Positions 21,822 to 34,247 are shown, numbered from the stretch's first letter. The stretch: DNA of 64,000 nucleotides from an uncultured Planctomycetota bacterium (GCA_963845755.1 CAWJTV010000029.1:32001-96000); one strand, 5' to 3'. Program-made: numbers and translations. Notes: generated by a model not told the origin, from the letters alone.

Positions 21822-22847
21822 ATGGCACGCAACTATCCCGGATTCCTCGCGGCGTTCTTCATCATCCTGCTCCGGGTGGGCATCGGCTGGCATTTCCTGA
21901 ACGAGGGAATCGAGAAATACGAGTCGGGCCAGAACGGCAAGGAGCCATTCTCGGCCGAGATTTACTTGAGGAACGCCAACGGCCCACTGGCGCCCTACTT
22001 CCGGCAGATGGTGCCCGATGTCGACGGCCGGGATCTGCTCGACGAGTCGAAGCTGAAGGCGGCCTGGCGGGCGGACGTCTCGCGGGTCGCCAACCACTTC
22101 GGCTTTGAACCGGCCCAGGGGACCCAGGCCGAGAAGCTCGCCGATGAATCCGAGCGATGGATCGACTTCTGGTTCAACGACTTCGAGAACAAGGAGAAGC
22201 GGGAGAAGTATCTCCACGACCTGGACCATGTCGAGCAAATCGAGCACGACCCGAATGCGTTGTCGTACGAGCGCGAACGAGCCCTGGAGACGCGCCGAGG
22301 CCTGGACGCGGACCGTCGTTCGCTGATCGGCCCGCTGGTCGAGCGCGGCAAGACGTTGCGAGCGGCGGTCGCCAAGCTCGCGACGGACGACCAACTCCAG
22401 AAGGCCGGGGGGATCGGGGCGCCCTGGACCCACCTCGACGCGATCAACCTGGCGACGACCTACGGGCTGATCGCGATCGGCGTCTGCCTGATCCTGGGGT
22501 TCCTGACTCCCCTGGCGGCACTCGGGGCCGCGGCGTTTCTCGCGATGATCTACCTGTCCATGCCCCCGTGGCCGGGCCTACCCCCGAACCCGAGGACCGA
22601 GGGGCACTATTTCATCGTGAGCAAGAACCTGGTCGAGTTGATCGCCTGCATGGTCATCGCCACCACGCCGAGCGGCCACTGGATCGGCCTCGACGCCTTG
22701 TTCTTCGGCGCCCGGCGCCGACGACGGCTGGCCCCTCAGCCTTCCGAACCGAATCCGAACGCAAGACCGACCCGCGATCGCCCGGTCACGAAACCGGTGA
22801 CCGACCGCGAGCTGGCCGAGGACCACAAGCCGATCCCGATCGGTTGA
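21822..22847 (+). CDS. DoxX-family membrane protein with large extracytoplasmic insertion
   Basis: LLRVGIGWHFLNEGIEK...GLIAIGVCLILGFLTPLAA...YLSMPPWPG...EGHYFIVSKNLVE. Confidence 0.85.
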   Translation: MARNYPGFLAAFFIILLRVGIGWHFLNEGIEKYESGQNGKEPFSAEIYLRNANGPLAPYFRQMVPDVDGRDLLDESKLKAAWRADVSRVANHFGFEPAQGTQAEKLADESERWIDFWFNDFENKEKREKYLHDLDHVEQIEHDPNALSYERERALETRRGLDADRRSLIGPLVERGKTLRAAVAKLATDDQLQKAGGIGAPWTHLDAINLATTYGLIAIGVCLILGFLTPLAALGAAAFLAMIYLSMPPWPGLPPNPRTEGHYFIVSKNLVELIACMVIATTPSGHWIGLDALFFGARRRRRLAPQPSEPNPNARPTRDRPVTKPVTDRELAEDHKPIPIG

Positions 22848-22942
22848 GAGTTGCGAGTCGCTTCCGTTCGATGCGTGTCTCCCAACCCCGCGGTACCCCG
22901 AATCTCCACTGCCTACCGCCTACTGAAGACAAGGAGCGATCC

Positions 22943-24594
22943 ATGACGAACTTGACTCCCGAGCAACGGGCCCTGGGCCGAGAGAATGCCGATCGGGCGC
23001 TGGGCGGTCTCCGCCGCCGCGACCTGCTCAAGGCGGTGGCGGCCACGCCCGCTCTGGGCGCCTTCTATTTCGGCTACAAGGATATGGGGAACAAGGACGC
23101 GGTCAGGGCCGCGATCATCGGCACGGGCGATGAAGGTTGCCAGGCGATGATCCGTTCCCACAACCGCGCCTACCTCAACTTCATCGGGTTCTGCGACATT
23201 CGGCCTTCGCAGCGGGAGCGCACCGTCAAGGAGTTCACGAACCACAAGGACTATACTCCTGCCGACGTCAAGAAGCTCAAGCAGTACGCCACCAAGGAGG
23301 AGATGTACGACGATCCGGACGTCGAGGTGGTCGTCATCGCGCTGCCCTTGTGGCTGCACGCACCGGTAGCGATCGAGGCCATGAAGAAGGGAAAGCATGT
23401 CTTCACCGAGAAGCTGATGGGCCACACCGTTGCCGAGTGCAAGGAGATGTGTAAGGTCGCCCGAAAGGAGAACCGGCTGCTGGCCGTGGGCCATCAGCGG
23501 CATTACTCGGCGCTGTACGACAACGCCAACTACCTGGTTCAGAACGATGTCCTGGGCGAGATCCGCCACATCCGCGCCCTCTGGCATCGCAACAACGCCA
23601 TGCCGCTGGTCGCCAAGGACAAGGACGGCATTCCGATCATCGACCCCAAGACGGGGTTGCCCGAGGTCGTCCTCGACAAGAAGGGCGCATCGTCTACCGG
23701 GATAGCTGGAAACGGCCCCATCCCGGCCTGATGGAGGAGATCGAGTTCGCCAAGTACGGTTCCACCTTCGATCGGCAAAACAGCCCCGATTTTATTGCGC
23801 GCCAGTATCTCGACAACCTCAAGGACAAGGATGTCGACTACAAGAAGTACGGCTACGACAGCCTCGACCAGATGATCAACTGGCGGCTCTATGACAAGAC
23901 GGGTGCCGGCCTGATGGCCGAGTTGGGCAGCCATCAGCTCGACGCCTGCTCGATCTTCCTGGGCAAGAAGCATCCGCTGGCGGTCACCGGCATCGGCGGG
24001 ACGTTCTTCTACAAGGATGGCCGCCAGGTCGACGACCACGTCTTCACGGTTTTCGAGTTCCCCGGCAAGAAGGAGGACGACCGGATCATCGTCACGTATT
24101 CCTCGATCAACACGAACTCGTTTGACGGATACGGCGAGATGGTGATGGGATCGGACGGGACGATGATCGTCAGCCAGGAGAAGGAGATCCTGCTGTACAA
24201 GGAGGCGGGCAACCCGCTCACCTCGCGGACGACCAGCGTGTCGATGGAGACCCACGGGAACAAGCCGACTCTGGAGACCAGCCCCAGCACGGCCGGCCCG
24301 ACGCAGGCCGCGTCGCTCGGAGGCCTGGCCACGGCCGAGCCCTCGCGCGGCTACCGCGAGGAGCTCGAGCACTTCGCGTATTGCGTCCGCCACGGCAACG
24401 CGTCGAACTACCATGCCGACACCGAGCATCAACCGCGCTGTCGCGGCGAGGTCGCCCTGGCCGACGCCGTGATCGCGCTGACGAGCAATATCGCCATGCG
24501 CCAGAAGCGCCGGATCGACTTCGATCCGCGGTGGTTCGACTACGAAAAGCCCGAGGTGCCCGACGGGAATGCGGCCATCGTCAAGCGGGTCTGA
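22943..24594 (+). CDS. Gfo/Idh/MocA-family oxidoreductase with Tat-like leader (frameshift about 23685-23730)
   Basis: RRRDLLK leader, IIGTG..G, LPLWLHAP, HVFTEKLM, VGHQRHY and WRLY..TGAGLMAELGSHQLD. Confidence 0.87.
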
Positions 24595-24711
24595 CAGGGT
24601 GTACGAGAAGCCTCTTGTACGGTGGGTCGAACGATCGGAAGGTCGTGAGGCCCGCCGAAAGAAGCCTCATGCGGTGGATCGCACTCGATGAATCGGGGCG
24701 CAGGCAGACCC

Positions 24712-24744
24712 TTGACGAACCTGGTGAGTGAGTATAAACTCACC
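24712..24744 (+). promoter_or_regulatory. tetR promoter with overlapping palindromic operator
   Basis: TTGACG (24712), 17-nt spacer, TAAACT (24735). Perfect arms GGTGAGT-N8-ACTCACC at 24723-24744. Confidence 0.7.
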
Positions 24745-24771
24745 GCGAATGACACCCAGGAAACTGCTCTC

Positions 24772-25464
24772 ATGAAATCGGGCTCGAAGCTTTCCAGCGA
24801 GGATCGCCGACAGGCGATTATTCGCGCGGTCCGGAGGGTCTTCTCGGAGAAGGGGTTTCATGGGACGACAACCCGGGAGCTGGCCGAGGCGGCGGGCGTC
24901 TCGGAGGCCCTGTTGTTCAAGCACTTCCCCAACAAGGAAGAACTGTACTCGGCGATGCAGCGCTTCTGCGGTGCCGAGCAAGACCCGGAGAAACTGGAAC
25001 GAATCAAGGCCCTGGTGCCCTCGACCTCGACTCTCGCCCTGATCGTGCACCTGATGGTGTCCAAGACCATCGGAGGGGTCTGCAATGCGGATGACGACGC
25101 GCTGATCCAGGATCGGCTGATGCTGCGCAGCCTCATGGAAGACGGAGAATTCGCCCGGATCTTCTTCCAGCGGAGTCTCTCCTGCTGGATGACCAAGGTG
25201 GAAGAATGCCTGGAAGTTTCGGCCGCCAAAGGCGAGGCGATCCATCAACCGGTCCATCCCAGGCTCGGTGCCATCTTCGCCAGGCACCTGGCACGGACGA
25301 TCATGCTGTCGCTCATCCCGCCGACGCCCGTTGTCAACTACGAAGTGCCGCGCGATCAGCTCATCGAGCAGGCCGTCTGGTTCTCGCTCCGCGGCATGGG
25401 CGTCAAGGATGAAGCGATCCGGATGCATTACAACCCGAAGGCCCTCTTGCTCCTCGTAAACTGA
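24772..25464 (+). CDS. TetR/AcrR-family transcriptional regulator
   Basis: RRQAIIRAVRRVFSEKGFHGTTTRELAEAAGVSEALLFKHFPNKEELY HTH. Confidence 0.93.
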   Translation: MKSGSKLSSEDRRQAIIRAVRRVFSEKGFHGTTTRELAEAAGVSEALLFKHFPNKEELYSAMQRFCGAEQDPEKLERIKALVPSTSTLALIVHLMVSKTIGGVCNADDDALIQDRLMLRSLMEDGEFARIFFQRSLSCWMTKVEECLEVSAAKGEAIHQPVHPRLGAIFARHLARTIMLSLIPPTPVVNYEVPRDQLIEQAVWFSLRGMGVKDEAIRMHYNPKALLLLVN

Positions 25465-25509
25465 CCGCAGCGGGTTCTTCTCATACGGGCCCGCCAGGAC
25501 GAATTCGAT

Positions 25510-25531
25510 GGTAAGTAAGCACAAACTCACA
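25510..25531 (+). promoter_or_regulatory. Second copy of the TetR operator, upstream of csrA
   Basis: GGTAAGTAAGCACAAACTCACA matches GGTGAGTGAGTATAAACTCACC at 17 of 22 positions. Confidence 0.6.
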
Positions 25532-25723
25532 CTGCGAGAATCCGGCGTGCGAGTCCTTGATGAGGTCCCTGCTGACGAGATCCGAAAAAACCTCGGCCCG
25601 GGGTCTTTTCCATGTCGTATATTCTTCGAGTGAAGGCAGGAATCGCGGATCGTTTTCCCGCGAATGGTCATCTTCAGTGACAGCCCGGGAAGACTCAGAG
25701 GATTTACCCAAGGAGGAACTGAC

Positions 25724-25915
25724 ATGCTCGTCCTCAGCCGCAAACTGGGTGAGCGTATTGTGGTGCCGAACTGCGAGTTGTCGATCACCGTGGTCGCCAT
25801 CGAGGGCAATACCATCCGGCTGGGAATCACGGCCCCTCCCGAGATCGGCGTCTACCGCGAGGAGTTGTGGCAGCGTGTCTGCGCGGAGAAGGAGCAACGC
25901 GCCCCGCTCCGTTAG
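25724..25915 (+). CDS. csrA: Carbon storage regulator CsrA/RsmA
   Basis: MLVLSRKLGERIVV...IRLGITAPPEIGVYREEL, with AGGAGG RBS. Confidence 0.92.
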   Translation: MLVLSRKLGERIVVPNCELSITVVAIEGNTIRLGITAPPEIGVYREELWQRVCAEKEQRAPLR

Positions 25916-26480
25916 TCAGACCGCCTGATGATTGGATTCCGTACGCTTGCACCAGCACCGGGACCGGGTCGGCGAAGTCGGGTGTTCCGTGAGCACCACG
26001 CAGGGCCGGCGACCAGGATCGGTGCTCCCGAAGTACCCTGCTGGCTCCTTCGTTCATCACAAGCCACACGTGGCCCCGCCTGACCGCCATTCCAGCAGAC
26101 CAGGTCTGCCCAGACCGGCGAACCGCGACAACATCAGATTCCAGCGGCACCGAGCGTCAACGCGCAGCTCGAGTGCCGCGGGAACACCTCAAGGCCGGAT
26201 AAATGGACTTTCTTTGACGATTGTGCGGGAGAGTCCCCTTGATTCCGATCCGATCCGCTGTAGAAAGTGGATGAGATCCGCGAATCTGATGATCTGATCG
26301 TTGGCCCGGCCCTTCCTTCCGACTTCTTGCGAAGCGGTCTTCGGGTCTCGGGGGTTCTTCGGCAGGGACGCCGTTCACGCAGGCTGAGTCTCACTCGCCC
26401 GGTAGGGGAGCGAGCGCGCCGCGACGGGCGCGGTCCGTGAGGTCTCATCCGCGAGGCATTCTCGTCCGAGGAGCTGCTCG

Positions 26481-29400
26481 ATGGTTCGCCAATGGCTGGG
26501 CGGGTGGAATAAGAGCGCGTCGTCGTTGTCGAACCGCTTGCAACCCCCGACAAGGCCCGATCGGCGCCGCGACGGCAGCCGCCGTCGGGCCTGGCTGCCC
26601 GAGAGCCTGGAAGGCCGGGTCCTCCTCTCGGGGAATCCCACCGTCTATACGGTCGATTTGACCAGCACCAACGGCACGGGAACGGGAACCACCGGCGACC
26701 TGGTCTACGTCCTCGGCCAGGCCAATGCCAACACCAACACGGCTGGCAGCCTCATCGAGTTCGACCTCTCCGTCTTCTCTTCGTCGAAAACGATCACTTT
26801 GACAGGACCGCTGACGCTTTCGGAGACAGCCGGTCCCGAGGTGATCGACGGTCCCGGCGCAAACCTGGTGAACCTAAACGGAGGTGGCTCGACCCAGGTT
26901 TTCTCCGTCAATTCGAGCGTGACGGCCACGATCTCGGCGCTCACGATCTCGGCTGGTTCGGCGAGCACCTCCGGTGGCGGGATCCTTAACAATGGCACTC
27001 TGACGATCTCCGACTCCACGATCGCCAGCAACTCGGCTGCCGTCTCGGGAGGCGGCATCGACAACGCCGGCAGTCTCTCGATCACGGGCAGCACGGTCGC
27101 CGGCAATGCCGTCACCAACCAGTATGGCACCGGTGGCGGCATCGAAAACACCGGTACGCTGTCGATCTCGAACAGTACGATTGCGGCGAATGCGGTCTCC
27201 GGCCAGTATGGGGTCGGCGGAGGCATCGACGACGAGGGGACGTTGACGACCATCAACGCCACCGTCACCGCGAACGGGGTTTCGCCCGGAGGTTCGGGCG
27301 GCGGGCTCAACCTCGGCAAGGGCTCGGCCACGCTCGATAACACGATCGTCGCCCTCAACGCGGCCGGCAGCCAGGCCAGTGACATCGCGCTGGGCAGCCT
27401 CGGGGTCTCGATCGCCAGTTCGAGTACCCACAACCTCATCGGCACCGGCGGTGCGGGCGGGTTGACCAATGGGACCAATGGCAACCTGGTCGGCGTCACC
27501 AACCCGGGGCTCGCCTCGTCGCTGGCGAATAACGGCGGGCCGACCTTGACCATCGCCCTGTTGCAGGGCAGCCCGGCCATCGACGGCGGAAGCACCAGCA
27601 TCCCGGGCGTCACTGTGCCGGTCATCGACCAGCGCGGCGTATTGCGCGGACCGGCGGGCCTGCATGGCGGCCCCACCGTGGATATCGGTGCCTACGAGGC
27701 CAGCTCCTCCTATCTGGTCACCACCGCGACCGACTCGACCGACGCCGGCACGCTCCGCGCGGCCATCGGCTGGGCCAATCTCAACAGCAACGCCAACCCC
27801 ACCAACCTCGAGAACCCCGCGGCCAACACCATCTTTTTCAATACGGGGGGCACCTTCGCCACCGATCAGACCATCACACTCGCCGCGGGATTGGGGACTC
27901 TGGCGCTCACGAATGCGGGCACGGCTGAGTCGATCGATGGCCCCGGTGCGGCGATCGTGACGGTCAGCGGGGGCAACGCGGTCGGCGTCTTCTCGGTCGC
28001 CAGCGGCGTGACCGCGACTCTTTCAGGGCTGACCGTCTCCGATGGCGCAACCAACACCAACGGGGCCGGTGTCCTCAACTCGGGCAACTTGACGATCCAG
28101 GATTCCATCCTCTCGGGCAACTCGGCGTCCAGCCTCGGGGGCGGCATTGCGAATCTGGGGACGCTGACCCTCACCGACTCCACCCTGACCGGTAATACGG
28201 CCGAGCTCGGTGGCGGCCTGGAGAACGACAAGGGGACCGTGACCATCAACGGGTCTGCCATCGTGCAGGACTCCGGCTTGAACAATGGCGGCGGCATCGA
28301 GAATGACGGCGGTATGACGACCGTCAACAATAGCGAGATCGAGGACAATTCCGCCGCCAATGACGGTGCCGGAATCAACAATGCCACCGGCACGATGACG
28401 TTCACGGGCTCGACCATCGCAAACAACTCCGCGGCCGACGGCGGCGGCGTTGCGAATGCAGCCACGCTGACGATCACCAACAGTACGCTCGCCCAAAACC
28501 TCGCCACGACCGCGGGAGGCGCTATCGACAACTCGGCCACTCTGACGGCGGTCAACGACACCATCGCCGACAATAATGTCGGAGCCTCCGGCAGCGGGGC
28601 CGGCCTGGATGCCTCGGGTGGGACAGCTACGCTGTACAACACGATCGTCGCGCTCAACACAGCCGGCAGCGGCGGCACCGCCACGGCCAGCGATATCGCC
28701 CTCAGCGGCAGCGGCGGCGTCTCGTCCTCCAGCTCCAATAACCTGATCGGCACCGGCGGCACCGGCGGCCTGTCCGGCGGGACCAATGGCAACCAGGTCA
28801 ATGTCGTCAACACGGGCCTGGGCACGCTGGCCAACAACGGCGGGCCGACCCTGACCATCGCGCTGCTGGCGGGCAGCCCGGCCGTCGATGACGGGAGCTC
28901 GAGCATCCCGGGGGTGACGATTCCCAGCACCGATCAACGGGGCGCCTTCGCGGACCGGCCGGGGGGAGTTTCAACGTCGACATCGGCGCCTATGAGTCCA
29001 GCTCCTTCTACCTGGTGACCAGCACGGCCGACTCGCTGGATGTCGGCACCCTGCGGACCGCGGTGGAGTGGGCGAACATCAGCACCAACGCCAATCCGGA
29101 AGTGAGCAGTCCGCCGAACGGCGGCATTTTCAACCCGAATACGATCGAGTTCGACACCACGGGGGTCTTCGCCACGGCTCAGACCATCACGCTTTCTGCC
29201 AGCTTGGGCCCCCTGGTTCTGAGTGGCACCTCGGTGACCGAGATCGTTGGTGGTGGTCCTCCGTTGCCGGCCCCCGTCACGATCAGCGGAGGCGGCTCGA
29301 CGCAGGTCTTCTCGATCGCGAGCGGGGTCTCTGCGTCAATCGGCGGTCTGACGATCGCAGGCGGCTTGGCCGGATCGGGAGGCGGCATCGACAACGCGGG

Positions 29401-31297
29401 CAACTTGATACTCGGCTCGTGCACCGTCACCGCCAACACGGCCACCAATTATGGCGGCGGCATTGATAATTCCGGCACGATGTCGGTCTATGACAGCAAT
29501 ATCACCGGCAACTCGGCCGTGGTCGCCAACGGCGGCGGCGTCGAGAACTCGGGCACGATGGTGATCCAGAATTCGACAATCGCCGGCAATTCGGTGCTCA
29601 ACAAGAACCCGAACGGGGTCGGCAATGGCGGCGGCATCGAGAACGAAGGCACGATGACGATCAGCTTCAGCACGGTCACGGGGAATTCGGCCAACGGCGG
29701 CGACGGCGGTGGGATTGAGAACCAGTCCGGCTCGCTGACGTTCATGGGCGGTACGATCGCCAACAACAACGCGGGCAACGGCGGCGGCATCGACAACTTT
29801 TCCGGCGAACTGACCCTCACCAACAGCACGATCGCGGGAAACACCGCCACCGGCGCCGGCGCCGGCATCGACATGGAGAATGGGCAAAATGGAACGCTGA
29901 CCGCGTTGAGCAGCACCATCGCCGCTAACACCGCCTCCATTTCCGGCGGTGGGCTGTTCGCCGCTGGCGGCACGAGCGCCCTCTACGATACCATCGTCGC
30001 GTTGAACACCGCGAGCGGTTCGGCGGCCAGCAACATCGCACTCAGCGGCGGGAGCGTCTCAGCCACCAGCGCGTACAACTTGATCGGCACGGGCGGCTCG
30101 GGGGGATTGACGAACGGGACCAACGGCAACATCGTGGGCGTGGCTAATCCGGGGCTCGGCGCGCTGGCACTCAATGGCGGGGCGACTCAAACGATGGCCG
30201 TCCTTCCCGGGAGCCCGGCGCTGGGTAACGGGAGCAGTACCATCACGGGTGTCACGTTCCCGGTCCCGTTCTCGGATCAGCGCGGAATCAGCCGGCCCAG
30301 CGGCAATGTCGACATTGGCGCGTTCCAGGACCGCGGCTTTACGCTCACCATGATCGCGGGAGGCAGTCCTCAATCGGCGGCGGCGAACACGGCGTTCGCG
30401 AGTCCGCTGGCCGTCGAGGTAACAAGTCCCTCGGGCGATCCAGTCCAGGGAGGGATTGTCTACTTTACTCCGCCGTCCAGCGGCGCCACGGCCAGTTTGA
30501 GCGCCACCACCGCGACCATCGGAGCCAATGGCGGCGCCGAGGTGACGGCGATGGCCGGCAGCACCGGCGGCACCTATTCGGTGACGGCTTCGATCCTCGG
30601 CACGACGAGCCCGGTCGCATTTTCTCTGACGAATCACGCCTCGGGCACGACCGGCTCCACGGCCATCATCAGCGGGGTCGGCGTGATCTGGGGCACCCAG
30701 ACCGCGGCGCTGGTGCTCCCGGCCGCTGCCGGCGGGCTCTTGCTGCCGGCGGGCCGAGCGACCGATCTCCCCTGGTTGGGCATCCAGGTCTTCCAGATCA
30801 CGCTCAGCCAGTCCGAAACCCTGACCACTTCGGACTTCACCTTCACCAGCGCCAGGGGCATCAGGTACAGGGCGGCCGGCCTCTCCGGGTCCGGAACGAA
30901 CTATACGATCTTCCTGTCGCGGCCCATCAAGACATCCGACCGGGTCACGATCAAAATCGCTGGCACAGGATTGACCACCTTCACCGGCCGGCTCAACGTC
31001 CTCCCGGGCGACTTCAATGACGACGGCGTGGTCAATAAACGGGATGTCCTCGACGTCCGCGCCAAAGCCCGGGGGCTCGGCCCGGCATCGTCGATTTTCG
31101 CCGACATCAATGGCAATGGCGTCGTCAACAACACGGACGTCAAACTCGTGCGGCAACGGGTGGGTAGCAAGCTGCCCCGCCAGACGGCGACCACTCGCGT
31201 GAGGGTCCTGGAGGCAAGACCCCGGATCGCTCTGGCCCACATGGTCCTGGCTCGTCACGGGGACTTGCCGCTCCGGAATCGCTTGCCTCGCGGCTGA
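26481..31297 (+). CDS. Large secreted beta-helix/Pmp-like repeat protein with choice-of-anchor-Q-like repeats and a dockerin-like C-terminus (frameshift about 28945-28975)
   Basis: Planctomycete motif ESLEGRVLLS and many GGGI.N.G repeats. Three modules each end LA.NGG.T.T.ALL.GSPA...DQRG...DIGAY/F. C-terminal LPGDFNDDGVVN..D and ADINGNGVVN..D. Confidence 0.85.
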
Positions 31298-31401
31298 TCT
31301 GTCGCGCGACCGAGGAGTCGGCGCACGATTGCGGCCGGTCGAATCCTGGCCTACACTCGCTGATCACTCATGAGAATCATGGTCATCAACGAGTCAGCCC
31401 G

Positions 31402-32502
31402 ATGGAAGAAACGCAGGCACCCGCCTCACTCGGATATCGCATGCCCGCGGAATGGGAGCCGCACGCGGCGACCTGGATCGCCTGGCCGCACAACCGCGAT
31501 GACTGGCCCGGCAAATTCGGGCCGATCCCCTGGGTTTACACCGAGATCGTCCGCCTGCTGAGCCGAGCCGAGCCGGTCCACATCGTGGTCCGCGACGGTG
31601 CCATGAAGCGCCGGGTGTCCGACCGGCTCGACGCCGCCGGTGTCGACCCCGGACGCGTCTGGTTCTTCAGAGCGGCGACCGACCGGGCCTGGCTCCGCGA
31701 CTCGGGACCGACCTTCGTCGTCAAGGACGACGCATCGGCCGAGGCGAACGCGCGCGTCGGCCTCATCAACTGGAAGTTCAACGCCTGGGCCAAGTACGAC
31801 AACTACCACGCCGACCGCCGCCTCCCGCGCAAGTTTTCCAAGTGGCTGGGGCTCCGGCGCTGGGTGCCGCGGGTCAATCGGGGAGATCATCGAAGCCGCG
31901 TGGTGATGGAAGGTGGCGCGATCGACGTCAACGGCCGTGGGACGCTGTTGACGACCGAAGAATGCCTCCTCGGCGAAGTCCAGGCCCGCAACCCCGGCCT
32001 CGATCGCGGGACGCTCGAACGGATCTTCGCCGACACCCTGGGAATCCGGCATGTCATCTGGCTGGGCCGGGGGATCGCGGGCGACGATACCCACGGCCAT
32101 GTCAACGACCTTACGCGGTTCGTCGATCCCACCACGGTCGTCACCGTCGTCGAGCCGAATCCCGACGACCCCAATCACGAGCCACTTCGCGCGAACCTCG
32201 AACGCCTTCAGGACGGTCGCGACCAGGACAACGAGCCGCTCCGCGTGGTGGAGCTGCCGATGCCCCGCCCCGTGGTCTTCGACGGCCAGCGGCTGCCCGC
32301 TAGTTATGCGAATTTCTACATCGCCAACGGATTGGTCCTGGTGCCGACGTTCAACGATCCGGCGGACCGGATCGCCCTCGACACCCTGGCCCAAGTCTTC
32401 CCCGACCGCGAGGTCGTCGGCGTCCACTGCGTCAACCTGGTCCTCGGACTGGGGACCTTGCATTGCTTATCGCAGCAGCAGCCGGCCGGGACACCCCTTT
32501 AG
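31402..32502 (+). CDS. Agmatine deiminase family protein
   Basis: MPAEWEPH..TW..WP, WLRDSGP, FNAW, MEGGAI, DDTHGHV, ASYANFYI and GTLHC.SQQQP. Confidence 0.92.
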   Translation: MEETQAPASLGYRMPAEWEPHAATWIAWPHNRDDWPGKFGPIPWVYTEIVRLLSRAEPVHIVVRDGAMKRRVSDRLDAAGVDPGRVWFFRAATDRAWLRDSGPTFVVKDDASAEANARVGLINWKFNAWAKYDNYHADRRLPRKFSKWLGLRRWVPRVNRGDHRSRVVMEGGAIDVNGRGTLLTTEECLLGEVQARNPGLDRGTLERIFADTLGIRHVIWLGRGIAGDDTHGHVNDLTRFVDPTTVVTVVEPNPDDPNHEPLRANLERLQDGRDQDNEPLRVVELPMPRPVVFDGQRLPASYANFYIANGLVLVPTFNDPADRIALDTLAQVFPDREVVGVHCVNLVLGLGTLHCLSQQQPAGTPL

Positions 32503-32575
32503 ATTGGAATCCTGAATCCCACGCTGTTTGTGGCCTAACCCCGCGTCGGGCGTTCGACCTCTCGCGAAGATCGCG

Positions 32576-33928
32576 TCATCCGCCGCCCCCGGACCGCGTG
32601 GTGCCCGGCCGCGAGGGCCGACCTTTGGGCCGCGCCGGCTTTTGATTCCGACTCGGCTTCGCGGGTTGGCCCTTCTTCTTGAGGTAGTCGAGCCACTTCT
32701 GATACTGCGGGGACTTCACGAAGTCGGAATAGGCCGGGATCTTGGTCAGGTCGTTGAACGTCATCTGGAACGTCTGATCGAGCGACTTGAGCTGCGCCAG
32801 GGTCTCATCGTGGTCTTTCAGCGCCACGGCATAGCCCAGGACGCTCTGATGAGCGAGAAGCAGCGTGGGTTCTTGGTCAACGGCCTTCTGGGCGAGTCGC
32901 TTCGCCTCCTGCAAGTTGCCTTGAGCTTCGCACATATTCGCGCGCATCACGTTCAGGTAGGGGTCTCCATCGAGGGATCGATCCACGCGGTCGATCGCCT
33001 TCATCGCCCCCGCGAAGTCCTTCTTCAGCACGTACGAGTCGATGGAGATGAGATCCAGGCACGCGTCGTGGGGAAAGAACTTCTCGAAGTCCTCGAGCAC
33101 TTCGCCGTATTCCTTCTCGTCGACCGCCTGCGCCGCGCGGAGGCGCATCAGGAGGACCAGTTTCTGTTGCTGAGTCTCGGGGCTCAGGGCCTTGAGGATC
33201 GTCAGGGCTTCCTTGAACTTGCCTTGATTGAGGAGCTGTGTGGCCTGTGTCCACTTGGGGAAATCCTTGACGTAGTCCTTCTCGCCGGTCAGAAGCTTGT
33301 CGAGGAATGTTCGCGAACCGCTGGAAATGATGGGCAGCAGGGCACGACGGAGTGTCGCACTCAGGAATTCCCCACTGAGGTAGACGTAGATGTCGGACAT
33401 GCGGACCTCGCCATCGGCCGAGCGTTGCGGGACGAGCTCCATGTAATTGAATCCACCCTCGCTGGACGGCTTGAGCATCCGGAACAGGATCACCTGGCGC
33501 CCGTGGTTCTGTCGGGTCCGCAGGAAGCTGAAGCTTCCCCCTTGCTTCGAGTTCTGGATCAGTTGGCCGGTGACTCCGGTCGGCTGTTGCATACCCTCTT
33601 TCAGCCCGGAAAGCGTGTCCTGGCTCGCCTTGGCGGGTATATCCCAGCCCATGGAGATCCTCTTGAAGAACGCGTCCCAATCGATCAGGCCATTCAACTT
33701 GGCCTGATCCCCGGTCGCAATAGCCTTGGCGACGGTGTCGGCGAACGCGCGGCATTCCGCCTCCGAGAGAGCCCCCTTTGCCTTCGCGGTGTTGCGAGCG
33801 GGCTGGCTGGGACGCGCCTTCGATCGGGGAGCGGGGCCTCGCCGGACCTGTCCCCAGGTCGGAGAGGTGGTCGCAATCAGGAGCGCGAGGACACAAACCA
33901 TGCGAGCGAACAACACCCAGAGCTTCAT
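32576..33928 (-). CDS. Secreted TPR-like hypothetical protein
   Basis: Signal peptide, long ORF with GC-type codon usage and helical TPR-like C-terminal half. Confidence 0.7.
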   Translation of the reverse strand: MKLWVLFARMVCVLALLIATTSPTWGQVRRGPAPRSKARPSQPARNTAKAKGALSEAECRAFADTVAKAIATGDQAKLNGLIDWDAFFKRISMGWDIPAKASQDTLSGLKEGMQQPTGVTGQLIQNSKQGGSFSFLRTRQNHGRQVILFRMLKPSSEGGFNYMELVPQRSADGEVRMSDIYVYLSGEFLSATLRRALLPIISSGSRTFLDKLLTGEKDYVKDFPKWTQATQLLNQGKFKEALTILKALSPETQQQKLVLLMRLRAAQAVDEKEYGEVLEDFEKFFPHDACLDLISIDSYVLKKDFAGAMKAIDRVDRSLDGDPYLNVMRANMCEAQGNLQEAKRLAQKAVDQEPTLLLAHQSVLGYAVALKDHDETLAQLKSLDQTFQMTFNDLTKIPAYSDFVKSPQYQKWLDYLKKKGQPAKPSRNQKPARPKGRPSRPGTTRSGGGG

Positions 33929-34247
33929 CGGATGACCTCCGTTGGGAGACAACGATGTCACGAAACGCCGACCGATCGGGGAGGATTGCGGTTAAATCGC
34001 GTATCATCTTAAACAAGCAGCCTGCTTGATGCGAGAGTCAACGCGAGACACCCTGGAAATGAGGCTCCTTGGCAACGAATGACGATTCCCGAATCGCCGA
34101 GGGGGTTGATCAAATCCGGGTCTCCTGGGCGATAATGGGATCATCGCCGCCGGCCCGACCGTCGGATCCCGCGTTTGTTGCGTCCCCGCGCCGCGTCGAG
34201 AGCATCTAGATGGCTCGGTTTCCACCGGGCTGGAGTGGAACCGAGCC

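Noticed and set aside
32528..34012. Long antisense ORFs (also 47193-49661, 53406-55112, 34206-35906, 13100-14011)
   Set aside because: Shadow ORFs of real genes on the opposite strand, expected in high-GC DNA.
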